The position numbers were made by a program, and so were the translations under genes. This document shows positions 52,219 through 61,865 of a stretch of DNA of 64,000 bases, piece after piece (position 1 is the first letter of the stretch; every line of letters begins with the position of its first letter). The stretch is from Candidatus Iainarchaeum sp. (GTDB taxonomy: Archaea; Iainarchaeota; Iainarchaeia; Iainarchaeales; 1-14-0-10-31-34): the NCBI GenBank assembly GCA_017609625.1, contig JAFCDN010000002.1, forward strand, positions 2,785 to 66,784, written 5' to 3'. Under the pieces are notes generated by a model, which searched no databases, was not told where the DNA came from, and was given only the letters and a program-made list of their open reading frames with translations.

Positions 52219-54093
52219 ATGAGTAAAATAATAGGTATTGATCTTGGCACAAGCAATTCTGCAGCAGCAGTATTAGAAGGAGGAAAACCAAAAATAATTC
52301 CTTCAGCAGAAGGAGCAAGCCTTTATGGAAAAGCTTTTCCTTCAGCAGTGGCATTTACAAAAGACAAGCAGATACTTATAGGAGAGCCGGCAAAAAGGCA
52401 GGCAGTAAGCAATCCAGAAGGAACAATTACAGGGGCAAAAAGAAAAATGGGAACCATTTTCAAATACAAAACACAAGGAAAAGAATACACCCCTCAGCAA
52501 ATTTCAGCTTTTATTCTGCAAAAAATAAAAAAAGATGCAGAAAGCTTTTTAGGAGACAAAGTAGAAAAAGCAGTAATAACAGTTCCAGCATACTTTGACG
52601 ACAACCAAAGACAGGCAACAAAAGATGCAGGAAAAATTGCCGGATTAGATGTAATAAGAATAGTTAACGAGCCGACTGCTGCATCACTTGCATATGGTTT
52701 AGATAAAAAAGAAAAAGACCAGAAGATTTTAGTGTTTGACTTTGGAGGCGGAACTTTAGATGTAACAGTAATGGAATTCGGAGAAGGAGTTTTTGAGGTA
52801 AAGTCAACTTCAGGAGACACACAATTAGGCGGAAGAGACATGGATGAAAAATTACAGGAATACATTATAGCAGAATTCAAGAAATCTGACGCAGTGGATT
52901 TAACTAAAGACAAAATGGCTTTGCAGAGATTAAATGAAGCAGCAGAAAAAGCAAAAATTGAATTGTCTAATGTAATTGAAACAGAAATTAATCTTCCATA
53001 TATTACTGCAACAAAACAAGGGCCAAAACATTTAGTAATGAAATTAAACAGGGCAAAATTGGAAGAACTTGTAAAACCTATTGTAGAAAAATGCGAAAAA
53101 CCAGTAAACCAGGCTCTTGCAGATGCAAAACTGACTCCAGCAGATATTCACAAAATAATTTTAGTTGGAGGGCCAACAAGAATGCCTTTAGTGCAGGAAT
53201 TTATTGAAAAAATCGCAGGAAAAAAAGTTGAAAGAGGAGTTGACCCAATGGAATGCGTTGCAATGGGAGCAGCAATTCAGGCAGGGGTTCTTTCAGGAGA
53301 AGTAAAAGACATTCTGCTTTTAGACGTGACTCCATTGAGTTTAGGAATAGAAACTCTTGGAAGTGTTTTCACTAAATTAATTGAAAGAAACACTACAATT
53401 CCAACGAAAAAAAGCCAGATTTTTTCCACTGCAGCAGACAACCAGACAGCAGTCGATATTCATGTTTTACAAGGAGAAAGAGCAATGGCTTCAGACAATA
53501 AAACTTTAGGAAGATTTCAGTTAATCGGAATTCCTCCATCACCTCGCGGTATTCCACAGATTGAAGTGACTTTTGATATAGATGCAAACGGAATAGTACA
53601 TGTAACAGCAAAAGACATGGGAACAGGAAAAAGCCAGAAAATTTCAATTGTTGCCTCAGAAAAATTAAACGAAACAGAAATAGAAAAAATGAAAAAAGAA
53701 GCAGAACAGTTTGAAGAAACAGACAAAAAGAAAAAAGAAGAAGTAGATACAATCAACCAGGCAGATGCAGTAGTTTACCAAACAGAAAAAACACTCAAAG
53801 AAATGCAGGGAAAAGTTGATTCAGGAAAAATTCAGGGAATAAAAGACAAGGTTGCAGAACTGAAAAAACTTTTGGAAGCAAAAGAAAAAGATGCTTCTGC
53901 AATCAAAGTGAAACTGGATGAAGTGAATAAATTATTCCAGGAAGCTTCAACTGAATTATACCAAAAAGCAGCACAGCAACAGCAGGCACAGGCAGGAGCA
54001 CAAAAAGAAAAAAAAGACAAACCAAAAGATGAAAAAGTAGTGGACGCAGACTATAAAGTAGAAGACGAGAAAAAAGATGAAAAGAAAAAATAA
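52219..54093 (+). CDS. dnaK: Chaperone DnaK (Hsp70)
   Basis: 624 aa; [37 protein letters not shown]. Confidence 0.95.
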   Translation: MSKIIGIDLGTSNSAAAVLEGGKPKIIPSAEGASLYGKAFPSAVAFTKDKQILIGEPAKRQAVSNPEGTITGAKRKMGTIFKYKTQGKEYTPQQISAFILQKIKKDAESFLGDKVEKAVITVPAYFDDNQRQATKDAGKIAGLDVIRIVNEPTAASLAYGLDKKEKDQKILVFDFGGGTLDVTVMEFGEGVFEVKSTSGDTQLGGRDMDEKLQEYIIAEFKKSDAVDLTKDKMALQRLNEAAEKAKIELSNVIETEINLPYITATKQGPKHLVMKLNRAKLEELVKPIVEKCEKPVNQALADAKLTPADIHKIILVGGPTRMPLVQEFIEKIAGKKVERGVDPMECVAMGAAIQAGVLSGEVKDILLLDVTPLSLGIETLGSVFTKLIERNTTIPTKKSQIFSTAADNQTAVDIHVLQGERAMASDNKTLGRFQLIGIPPSPRGIPQIEVTFDIDANGIVHVTAKDMGTGKSQKISIVASEKLNETEIEKMKKEAEQFEETDKKKKEEVDTINQADAVVYQTEKTLKEMQGKVDSGKIQGIKDKVAELKKLLEAKEKDASAIKVKLDEVNKLFQEASTELYQKAAQQQQAQAGAQKEKKDKPKDEKVVDADYKVEDEKKDEKKK

Positions 54094-54095
54094 GA

Positions 54096-54135
54096 ACTGC
54101 CCCTTTCTTTCTTTTCCAAAAAGAAAGAAAGTGGT
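54096..54135 (+). terminator. T-rich palindromic tract after the dnaK stop (ACTGCCCCTTTCTTTCTTTTCC-AAAAAGAAAGAAAG)
   Basis: Shares ACTGCCC(C)TTTCTTTTC with the post-rps10 tract; hairpin plus oligo-T. Confidence 0.35.
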
Positions 54136-54255
54136 AAGTTAGCCCAAAGAAAGAAAAGGTAAAAAATTAGAAAAAGGAAAGAAAAAACAAAATTCAATTC
54201 ACTTAAATTCTTTTCTTTTCCTTTTTATTTTCTAGCAAAAAGAAAAATAAACTGA

Positions 54256-55392
54256 ATGAGCGGTTTTATGACAACAAAAAAAGACTATTATGAAATTTTA
54301 GGATTAAAAAAAGGCGCTTCAATTGATGAAGTGAAATCTGCATACAAAAAGCTGGCAAAAAAATATCATCCAGATATTTCAAAAGAAGAACACGCAGAAG
54401 AAAAATTCAAAGAAGTGTTAGAAGCTTATTCTGTTTTAAGTGATGAAAAAAAGAAATCAAATTATGACCAGTTTGGACATGCAGCAGAAGGATTCCAAGG
54501 ATTTGAAAGAGGCTTTGAAGGATTTGATTTCTCTGGAATGGGATTTGACGATGTTTTCAGCAGTTTTGGCTTTGGAGATATTTTTGGCGGAAGAGGAAGA
54601 AAAAGAGGGCCAAGAAAAGGAGTGGATTTGAGATTTGACTTGAATATTTCTTTTGAAGAAGCAGTATTTGGAATAAAAAAAGAAATTGAAATTGAAAGAG
54701 TTGAATCCTGCGATAAATGCAATGGGACTGGATCAGAAAAAAAAGATGGTTTGGTTGACTGCCCGCAATGCAATGGTTCTGGAATGCAGACTAGCGCACA
54801 GAGAACTCCTTTTGGGACATTCACTACTAGAACTACCTGCAGGAAATGCAGAGGAGAAGGAAAAACAGTAAAAAATCCCTGCACTAAATGTAATGGCGCA
54901 GGAAGAATGAAAAAAAGAAGAAAGATTTCTGTAACAATTCCAGAAGGAATCCGGAATGGAGCTTATTTAAGGTTAGCAGGAGAAGGAAATGCAGGGGAAA
55001 GAGGAGCAGGAAACGGAGATTTGTATGTAATCATTTTTATTGAACCTCACGAGTTTTTTAAAAGAGATGAAGCAGACATTTATGGAGAAGTTCCAATAAC
55101 ATTTTCTACAGCTGCACTTGGAGGCGAAATAGAAGTTCCAACCCTGAAAGGAAAAGCTGAATTAAAAATTCCTTCTGGAACCCAGACAGGAACAATTTTC
55201 AGGTTAAAAGAAAAAGGAATTAAAGACCTTGAAGAAGGCGGTTTTGGAGATGAATATATTAAAGTTATTGTAAGGACTCCAGAAAAGCTTTCAAAAAAAC
55301 AAAAAGAACTGTTTGAAGAAATAAAAGAAAAAGAACAAGAAACAGAAAACGGTTTCTTTAAGAGATTTAAAAAAGCATTCAAAAAAGAATAA
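54256..55392 (+). CDS. dnaJ: Chaperone DnaJ
   Basis: J-domain [31 protein letters not shown]; Gly/Phe-rich region; four CxxCxGxG zinc repeats. Confidence 0.9.
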   Translation: MSGFMTTKKDYYEILGLKKGASIDEVKSAYKKLAKKYHPDISKEEHAEEKFKEVLEAYSVLSDEKKKSNYDQFGHAAEGFQGFERGFEGFDFSGMGFDDVFSSFGFGDIFGGRGRKRGPRKGVDLRFDLNISFEEAVFGIKKEIEIERVESCDKCNGTGSEKKDGLVDCPQCNGSGMQTSAQRTPFGTFTTRTTCRKCRGEGKTVKNPCTKCNGAGRMKKRRKISVTIPEGIRNGAYLRLAGEGNAGERGAGNGDLYVIIFIEPHEFFKRDEADIYGEVPITFSTAALGGEIEVPTLKGKAELKIPSGTQTGTIFRLKEKGIKDLEEGGFGDEYIKVIVRTPEKLSKKQKELFEEIKEKEQETENGFFKRFKKAFKKE

Positions 55393-55417
55393 ATAAAACA
55401 AAGTTTATCTTATTCTG

Positions 55418-55993
55418 ATGATGCCAAAAAAAATCAAAGGAGATTTTATAATCAGCTTTGCTTTTCTTATATTTATAATAATTGTAAGTTATTATTTGAT
55501 TCTGCAGGAAGAGCCTTTCTTTAATTCTCTTCAGGCAAGAATTTATTTTGTTTTAATGACTTCTTCAATGCTAGGTTTTGTTTCATTGCTGGAAAATTAC
55601 TGGAGATGGGATAAAAGCAGGCCGGAAAAACTAAAAGAAAGATTTAAGCAGATAACTTTTCTGCTTGCAGTTCCATACTTGTTTCTTGTTTTGACTGACT
55701 GGGGATACACTTTATTTTTAATGTGGGTAATGGGAATTCCATTAGGTTTGTCTGTTGCAGAAGGAATTCCGGTTTTTCATTATATAAAAATAACAAAAAA
55801 GAAAGCAATCCTCACTGCAATGCTTTTTGTTTTACTTTACTGGCTTATAAAAAGTGTTTACGGCTTTGGCTTTTTCCAGAAAGAAATTTTTTACATTTTA
55901 CTTATAAGCCATATGATTTCAAGTATTATCTCAAATTTTTTGTTCAGAATAGAAAGCATAAGAAAAAAGCTTAAAAAGAAGAAAATGTATTAA
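55418..55993 (+). CDS. Hypothetical multi-pass membrane protein
   Basis: 191 aa, ~5 TM. Confidence 0.35.
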   Translation: MMPKKIKGDFIISFAFLIFIIIVSYYLILQEEPFFNSLQARIYFVLMTSSMLGFVSLLENYWRWDKSRPEKLKERFKQITFLLAVPYLFLVLTDWGYTLFLMWVMGIPLGLSVAEGIPVFHYIKITKKKAILTAMLFVLLYWLIKSVYGFGFFQKEIFYILLISHMISSIISNFLFRIESIRKKLKKKKMY

Positions 55994-56009
55994 TAGTACA
56001 AGTGAAAAA

Positions 56010-56537
56010 ATGGGAAGCACAAAAAAACTTTTACTGGTATTGCTTGCAGCAGTGGTTTTACTGTATTTTGCTTATACAAACGGTTTCTTTAATTCAATGG
56101 AATTTGAATATGGATTAAGCAAAGTAAAAGAAATAGATGAAGAATTCGGATTAGATGAACAAAAATTAGTTCCAGATGAAAAAACTGAATTAGAAGAATA
56201 TAATGAAAAAATTTTGGAACTGAAAAAAGAGTTCAGCGGGAAAAACCAGAATGATACAACCCAAGCACTAAATTATTTGCTTGATGCAAAAAAAGAACTG
56301 GCATTATTGCAGATGAATATTATTTCATTACATGAAAGCACTGACTGTGAAGAGCAATTAGAATTGGCAGGAATAATTGCAGAAAGCGCAACTTCAGTAA
56401 AAGACTCAATGGAAAACTATTTAGATTTTGATTTTTCTGAAGAAACAAAAGAATGGAATGAAAATGCATTAGATACAAGCATTTCATTGATTGCTTCTTT
56501 TACAGAATTAGGGCAAAGCTTAGAGCAAAGCTGTTAA
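56010..56537 (+). CDS. Hypothetical N-terminally anchored/secreted acidic protein
   Basis: 175 aa; signal/anchor MGSTKKLLLVLLAAVVLLYFAYT. Confidence 0.35.
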   Translation: MGSTKKLLLVLLAAVVLLYFAYTNGFFNSMEFEYGLSKVKEIDEEFGLDEQKLVPDEKTELEEYNEKILELKKEFSGKNQNDTTQALNYLLDAKKELALLQMNIISLHESTDCEEQLELAGIIAESATSVKDSMENYLDFDFSEETKEWNENALDTSISLIASFTELGQSLEQSC

Positions 56538-56561
56538 AACCTTTTTTTATTCAATTAACTT

Positions 56562-57164
56562 ATGAAGAAACTAATTTTTGAAGGAGCAGAAGCAAAAACT
56601 TTTCTGACAGAATTTGCAGGAAAAAAAGCAATAGAAAAAGTCAGGGCAGAAAAGAATTACAGAAGAAAAGAATTAGATGAAAAAATCAGGAAAAACAGAA
56701 CAAGAGACGAGGCAAATCTTCTTCACAAAGCAAAAACTGTCGGAGTGCGAACTCCGGTTATTTTTGGGGTAGACAAAAAAAATTCAGTTATTTTAATGGA
56801 ATATATCAAAGGAAAAAAGATTGGAGAAAAAATAGATTCTTTAAAGAAAAAGAATTTTCAGGAGATTGGAAAACAGATTTCTTTACTTCATTTAAATTCA
56901 ATAGTTCACGGGGATTTGACTACAAACAATATTTTAATAAAAAAAGAAAAGCTTTTTTTTGTGGATTTTGGTTTGGGATTTAATTCAAAAAAAACAGAAG
57001 ACTTTGCAGTTGATTTATTGGGATTTAAAAGGACTTTTCTTTCGAGCTTTCCGCAAAAAGAAAAAGAATGGAAACAAGTGGAAAAAGGGTATTGCAAAAA
57101 AGCCAGAGGAAAAGAGGTGTTAAAAAGAATCAAAGAAGTGGAAAAAAGAGGCAGATATCTTTAA
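56562..57164 (+). CDS. bud32: KEOPS kinase Bud32 (RIO-type), 12 kb away from kae1
   Basis: 200 aa; GAEAKTF...RRKELDEKIRKNRTRDEANLLHKAKTVGVRTPVIF...LMEYIKG...IVHGDLTTNNILI...FFVDFGLG. Confidence 0.8.
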   Translation: MKKLIFEGAEAKTFLTEFAGKKAIEKVRAEKNYRRKELDEKIRKNRTRDEANLLHKAKTVGVRTPVIFGVDKKNSVILMEYIKGKKIGEKIDSLKKKNFQEIGKQISLLHLNSIVHGDLTTNNILIKKEKLFFVDFGLGFNSKKTEDFAVDLLGFKRTFLSSFPQKEKEWKQVEKGYCKKARGKEVLKRIKEVEKRGRYL

Positions 57165-57283
57165 ACCCCTTAAAAACCTATAAAAACCTAATGTTTCTAA
57201 AATAATAGTGTAGCAAGCATTTGATTTAATGCTATTTTTTTGAAATAATGCATTTTACAAAGCGCATTCAATAATGTATTAAA

Positions 57284-57748
57284 GTGATTAATTTGGCAAG
57301 AATTCATGGAAGAAGCAAAGGAAAAAGCGGTTCAAAAAAGCCGATTAAAAAAGACAATCCAGACTGGGTTGAAATGAAAGAAAAAGAAATAAAAGAAAAA
57401 ATAATTGAAATGGCTCACAAAGGACATGCTGCTTCAGAGATAGGAATAATTTTAAGGGACGAATTTGCTGTTCCTTCAGTCAAAAGCGCGACAAAAAAGA
57501 AAATCCAGAAAATAATTGACGAAGAAGGATTAAAAGCAGATTTTCCAAGAGATTTGTTAAACCTTATTACAAAATCTGTTAAAGAAAAAAAGCACATGGA
57601 AAAAAACAATCATGATAAGACAGCAAAAAGAGGATATCAGTTAACTGTCTCAAAAATCAGAAGGCTGACTAAATACTACTCCAAAAGAAACCTTATTCCA
57701 GAAGGCTGGAAGTATTCAGAAGAAGAAGCAGAATTGATGGTGAAATAG
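57284..57748 (+). CDS. rps15: 30S ribosomal protein S15 (uS15)
   Basis: ARIHGRSKGKSGSKKP...PDWVEMKEKEIKEKIIEMAHKGHAASEIGIILRDEFAVPSVKS...SKIRRLTKYYSKRNLIPEGWKYSEEEAELMV; the likely start is the TTG at 57293. Confidence 0.9.
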   Translation: MINLARIHGRSKGKSGSKKPIKKDNPDWVEMKEKEIKEKIIEMAHKGHAASEIGIILRDEFAVPSVKSATKKKIQKIIDEEGLKADFPRDLLNLITKSVKEKKHMEKNNHDKTAKRGYQLTVSKIRRLTKYYSKRNLIPEGWKYSEEEAELMVK

Positions 57749-57861
57749 TGAAATACGATTTAAAGATTTCCGGAAAAAAATTTTCAGAAAAAACTGAAGG
57801 AAACAGATTAAAAAAAATGCTTGAAGACTGCGAAAAAATAATAACAGAAAAATGTGATTAA

Positions 57862-58482
57862 ATGGTAAAAAAAGACTTAAAAAAAGAAAAAACAAAACCA
57901 AAAAGAACTGAATCAAGAAGAACAGCAGACAAATGGAAAAAAAAGAAATGGTTCACTATTTTTGCGCCGAAATTGTTTGACCAGAAAGAAATAGCAGAAA
58001 CAGTTGCAGAAAAACCAGAAACAATAAAAGGAAGAGTCATTAATTTCAACGCAAGGGAATTAACCGGCAACCCAAAAAAAAACCATATCACATTATACTT
58101 TAAGGTATTTGATGTTCAGGGACTCAAAGTGTATACTAAACTTATTGGCCATGAAATTAACCAGAGTTTTTTGAAAAGGCTTGTAAGAAGAAGAACAAGC
58201 AAAATGGAAACAAACCAGATAGTTAATTTGAAAGGCAACGAAAAAGCAAGGGTTAAAACAGTTGTTGTTTCAGGCAGAAAATTAACCAGAATAAAAGAAA
58301 CTGCGGTAAGAAAAATAATGCTTGAAAAAATTGAGTATTCAGCAAAAAAAAGAGACTTTGATGATTTTGTAAATGAAATGGTTTTTGGAAATATTTCAAT
58401 AAAGATCCAGAATGAAGCAAAAAAAATAGGATTGATTAAAAGAGTTGAAGTAGTAAAAACAAAACTGATTGAAGGTAAATAA
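57862..58482 (+). CDS. rps3ae: 30S ribosomal protein S3Ae (eS1)
   Basis: 206 aa; ...RRTADKWKKKKWFTIFAPKLFDQKEIAETVA...; canonical S15-S3Ae pair. Confidence 0.9.
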   Translation: MVKKDLKKEKTKPKRTESRRTADKWKKKKWFTIFAPKLFDQKEIAETVAEKPETIKGRVINFNARELTGNPKKNHITLYFKVFDVQGLKVYTKLIGHEINQSFLKRLVRRRTSKMETNQIVNLKGNEKARVKTVVVSGRKLTRIKETAVRKIMLEKIEYSAKKRDFDDFVNEMVFGNISIKIQNEAKKIGLIKRVEVVKTKLIEGK

Positions 58483-58484
58483 AA

Positions 58485-59171
58485 GTGTTAACTTTAATCG
58501 AAAGTGCAATTGTAATTCTAGTTCTTGGATTTTTTTCTTTTATTTCAATAAAGAAAAAAAGCTTTGACAAAAAAGGAATAGTTATTGGAATTCTGATTGG
58601 GCTGGTTACAATTTTTTTAGGAGCAGGAACTTCAGTTGGAGGTTTTGCTGCATTTCTTTTTGTTGTATATTTTTTTATTATAGGGGAATTAAGCACAAAG
58701 TATGGCTCAAAAATCAGGAAAAAAGAGCATGAAACCAGAACAACAGGAAATGTTTTAGGGAATTCTCTTGCAGCATTGATTGCACTTGGCCTGAATTTTC
58801 CAATTGGATTTTTTGCAGGAGTTTCAGCTGCACTGGCTGATACAATGAGTTCAGAAATCGGAATGCTTTCAAAAAGAAAACCTGTTTTAATCACTACACT
58901 GGAAAAAGTTGAAACAGGCACTGACGGGGGAATAAGTCTGCTTGGCTCAGTTTCTGCTTTAATCGGAGCAGCACTTATAGCAGGAATGCATTATTTTCTT
59001 TATTCAAATCTGTTTTTTGCAGGAATAATTCTACTTGCAGGAGTAATTGGCGCTTTTGTTGACAGTTTTTTAGGAGCAGTGTTTGAAAGAAAAGGACAAT
59101 TAACAAACACTTGGGTGAACTTTTTATCTACTTTAACTGCAGTAATAATTGCAATAGCAATTGCCGGCTGA
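58485..59171 (+). CDS. DUF92/TMEM19-family integral membrane protein, GTG start
   Basis: 228 aa; ...TTGNVLGNSLAALIA...ALADTMSSEIGMLSKRKPVLITT...GTDGGISLLGSVSALIGAALIA. Confidence 0.55.
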   Translation: MLTLIESAIVILVLGFFSFISIKKKSFDKKGIVIGILIGLVTIFLGAGTSVGGFAAFLFVVYFFIIGELSTKYGSKIRKKEHETRTTGNVLGNSLAALIALGLNFPIGFFAGVSAALADTMSSEIGMLSKRKPVLITTLEKVETGTDGGISLLGSVSALIGAALIAGMHYFLYSNLFFAGIILLAGVIGAFVDSFLGAVFERKGQLTNTWVNFLSTLTAVIIAIAIAG

Positions 59172-59209
59172 ACTGATTCTTTTTTAAAGATTGAAAATAG
59201 AATATAGGT

Positions 59210-59824
59210 ATGCCTAAAGTTACTGCTAAAAAAAGAAATGCACTAAGAGTTTTTCCTGACAAAAAAGTTAGCAGAAAATATATAGCAGAGTTTGAAGAAA
59301 GTTGGCAGGATGGAAATAGAGCTAAAAGAAAATTGAGTGGCTACCCTACTTTTTGGAAGAGGGAGGTCATTAGATTTTCTCCTTCAACTGTTGTAACTGT
59401 AAGAAAATTTAGATCTACTGAAAGTGCAATAGCTTACATGAAAAATCAAAGAATAATTGAAAGAAAAATGGCAAAAAGTAATCTAAAACACGCAGTTATT
59501 CAGCCAATACAGTTTTTTGGAAGAAGTGGAAAAAACGTTTTTGAAAGAGTCTATACAGGGGTTGATTTTCATTCTTTCAAAGGAAAAAGCGGGCATAATT
59601 ACCCTGCACTTAAAAGAAGATTGAAAAGAAAAAGAATTGATTTAGATAAGCAAAGAGATTACGAAAAAATAGAAAAAATAGTAAATGACACAAGGGGAGA
59701 ATTATATGGTGTTGTGAGTAGTTCTTCTTCTAATGTGCTTATTCTTGATGTTGACCCAAAAGGAAAGAAAGTGTTAATAGGAGTAATTGACCATGAAAGC
59801 CCTCCGTCAATTAGAGAAGAATAA
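59210..59824 (+). CDS. Hypothetical protein (basic, Arg-containing)
   Basis: 204 aa; no recognisable motif. Confidence 0.35.
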   Translation: MPKVTAKKRNALRVFPDKKVSRKYIAEFEESWQDGNRAKRKLSGYPTFWKREVIRFSPSTVVTVRKFRSTESAIAYMKNQRIIERKMAKSNLKHAVIQPIQFFGRSGKNVFERVYTGVDFHSFKGKSGHNYPALKRRLKRKRIDLDKQRDYEKIEKIVNDTRGELYGVVSSSSSNVLILDVDPKGKKVLIGVIDHESPPSIREE

Positions 59825-59827
59825 TCA

Positions 59828-60721
59828 TTATTTTGCCTGCAAAGAAAATTCGTCGTTAGATGATTTTATTGCAGAAATAAAGCCTGTTCCAAAAGAATAG
59901 CCCATCTGAGAAAGAGCAGTGAATAAATCTGTTTCTACAACTCCATAATCCACTAAAACAGGTTCTCCTTCAATGCCTGCAAGCTCTGCAGTTTTGTCTA
60001 TAGCAAAATCTCTGCTTCCGGTAAAATCAATTAAATTATATTCCAAAGCTTTTCTTCCGGAAAAAATTCTTCCATCAGCAACTTCATTGAATTCTGATTC
60101 TGAAAGCTTGTCTTCTCTGAATTCTAAAATATCCAGCTTGAATTTTTCTGAAGCTTCAGAAATCAGTTCCTGCAGCAAAGCTTCTTCTTCTATAGTTAGT
60201 TCTCTAAACATTGAACCCATGTCTTTGAATTCTCCGTCTTTCATTACCTTAACTTTTACTCCAAGTTTTTCCATTAAGCCTTCAATGTTTGTAGACATGC
60301 TTATTACTCCAATGCTTCCAGTTAAAGAATCTTCATCTGCAATAATCAAATCTGAAGCAGCTGCAATATAATAGCCTCCAGATGCACCTATTTCTCCGAT
60401 ATAAGCCACAACAGGCTTTTCTGCCTTGCGCACCGCATAAACAACTTCTTTTGTTGCAACAACACTTCCCCCAGAAGAATCAATATCCAAAAAGATTGCA
60501 CTTACTAAAGGATCTGAATCTGCTTGTTTTATTTTTTCTGCAATATTAGTTGAAGTCATTGCAAAAGAAAAAGAACCCTGAGAAGAAACAATTTCTCCTT
60601 TAATTGGAATAACTGCAATCTGCCCGGAAAAAGTTAAGTCAGATAAAAGGAAAGAAAAAAGCAAAGCAATAATAATTAGAAAAGTTACGCCTGCAACAAC
60701 GACCAAAACCAGTTTGTCCAT
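59828..60721 (-). CDS. sppA: Signal peptide peptidase SppA (S49 family)
   Basis: 297 aa; N-terminal TM; IDSSGGSVVATKEV and IGEIGASGGYYIAAASDLIIA motifs. Confidence 0.8.
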   Translation of the reverse strand: MDKLVLVVVAGVTFLIIIALLFSFLLSDLTFSGQIAVIPIKGEIVSSQGSFSFAMTSTNIAEKIKQADSDPLVSAIFLDIDSSGGSVVATKEVVYAVRKAEKPVVAYIGEIGASGGYYIAAASDLIIADEDSLTGSIGVISMSTNIEGLMEKLGVKVKVMKDGEFKDMGSMFRELTIEEEALLQELISEASEKFKLDILEFREDKLSESEFNEVADGRIFSGRKALEYNLIDFTGSRDFAIDKTAELAGIEGEPVLVDYGVVETDLFTALSQMGYSFGTGFISAIKSSNDEFSLQAK

Positions 60722-60802
60722 AAAAAAACAATTTTACAAAAAATTAATAAAGGAGACAGAACTTACTATTAATGAAATAAAAACTTATAATAAAGTGATT
60801 AA

Positions 60803-61315
60803 ATGGATTATTCTTTTTTTATTGAAATTATTCTGGTTTTGATTCCATTGTATCTTGCAAATTCTTCTGCAATGCTTTTAGGAGGAAAAACTCCAATAGA
60901 CTTAAACCAGCATTTTGTTGACAAAAAACCTTTTTTAGGGAAAGGAAAAACAGTAAAAGGAACTTTGTTTGGAATAAGCATTGGAATACTTGCAGTTTTG
61001 TTGATTGACTTTTATTTCCAGGGAAAAGTTCCAATAATAAACAATTATCTGCATTATGGAATCCTTGTTTCTATAGGGGCAATTTTAGGAGACCTGATTG
61101 GAAGCTTTTTAAAGAGAAGAATGAATATTGAAAGAGGAAAACCTGTATTGCTTTTAGACCAGTTGGATTTTGTTATTGTAGGGATTTTATTTGGAAGTTT
61201 AGTGCATAAGGTTTCAGTTGAATTGTTTTTATTGGTTTGTGTTATTACTTTAATCGCGCACAGAATAGCAAATTTTGTTGCATTCAAATTCAAACTAAAA
61301 AAGGTTCCGTGGTGA
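60803..61315 (+). CDS. carS: CDP-archaeol synthase (CarS, DUF46)
   Basis: 170 aa; ...KKPFLGKGKTVKGTLFGISIGIL...GAILGDLIGSFLKRR... typical CarS. Confidence 0.7.
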   Translation: MDYSFFIEIILVLIPLYLANSSAMLLGGKTPIDLNQHFVDKKPFLGKGKTVKGTLFGISIGILAVLLIDFYFQGKVPIINNYLHYGILVSIGAILGDLIGSFLKRRMNIERGKPVLLLDQLDFVIVGILFGSLVHKVSVELFLLVCVITLIAHRIANFVAFKFKLKKVPW

Positions 61316-61316
61316 A

Positions 61317-61802
61317 ATGAAAATAGAAAAAAAAACTTTAATGTTTCTGGTAAAGTTTGGAATAATTTTTTCTGCACTGCATTTATTGGTTTGGACTGTT
61401 CCCACTTATTTTCTGCAGGACTGGATTGCATCACTTCAGGCAGGCTTTACAGGATTACAGGTTCACGGAAACCTTATTTTTTTAGGAGAACATAAAATTC
61501 TGATTAACCCTTCCTGCACTGGATTAATCAGTTCAAGCATTATTGCAGCAATAATTTTTTCTTTGCGAAAACCTGAAATTAAAAAAAAGATTCAGATTTT
61601 TTTGCTTGCAGCAATAATAATGTTTTTTTTGAATCTGATAAGAATTTACATTGTTCTGCTTGCAGGAATGCAGTTTGGCGGAGAATGGATTGGAATAATG
61701 CATGAAGCTTCCTGGCTTATGACCGCAGTTTTTATTGTGGGGTTATGGTATTATTTTACCAAAAAAATCACTAAAATAGAAGAGTTTAACGAGTTGCTCT
61801 AG
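61317..61802 (+). CDS. Short exosortase/archaeosortase-family protein
   Basis: 161 aa; INPSCTGLISSSIIAAIIF (Cys motif) and FFLNLIRIYIVLLAG (N..R motif) correspond to the sortase catalytic core. Confidence 0.5.
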   Translation: MKIEKKTLMFLVKFGIIFSALHLLVWTVPTYFLQDWIASLQAGFTGLQVHGNLIFLGEHKILINPSCTGLISSSIIAAIIFSLRKPEIKKKIQIFLLAAIIMFFLNLIRIYIVLLAGMQFGGEWIGIMHEASWLMTAVFIVGLWYYFTKKITKIEEFNELL

Positions 61803-61865
61803 CTTTTCAGCTCTATCGAGCGCAGCGAAGATGGTGCATCGTACTCAACTGACGAAACAGTTGCT

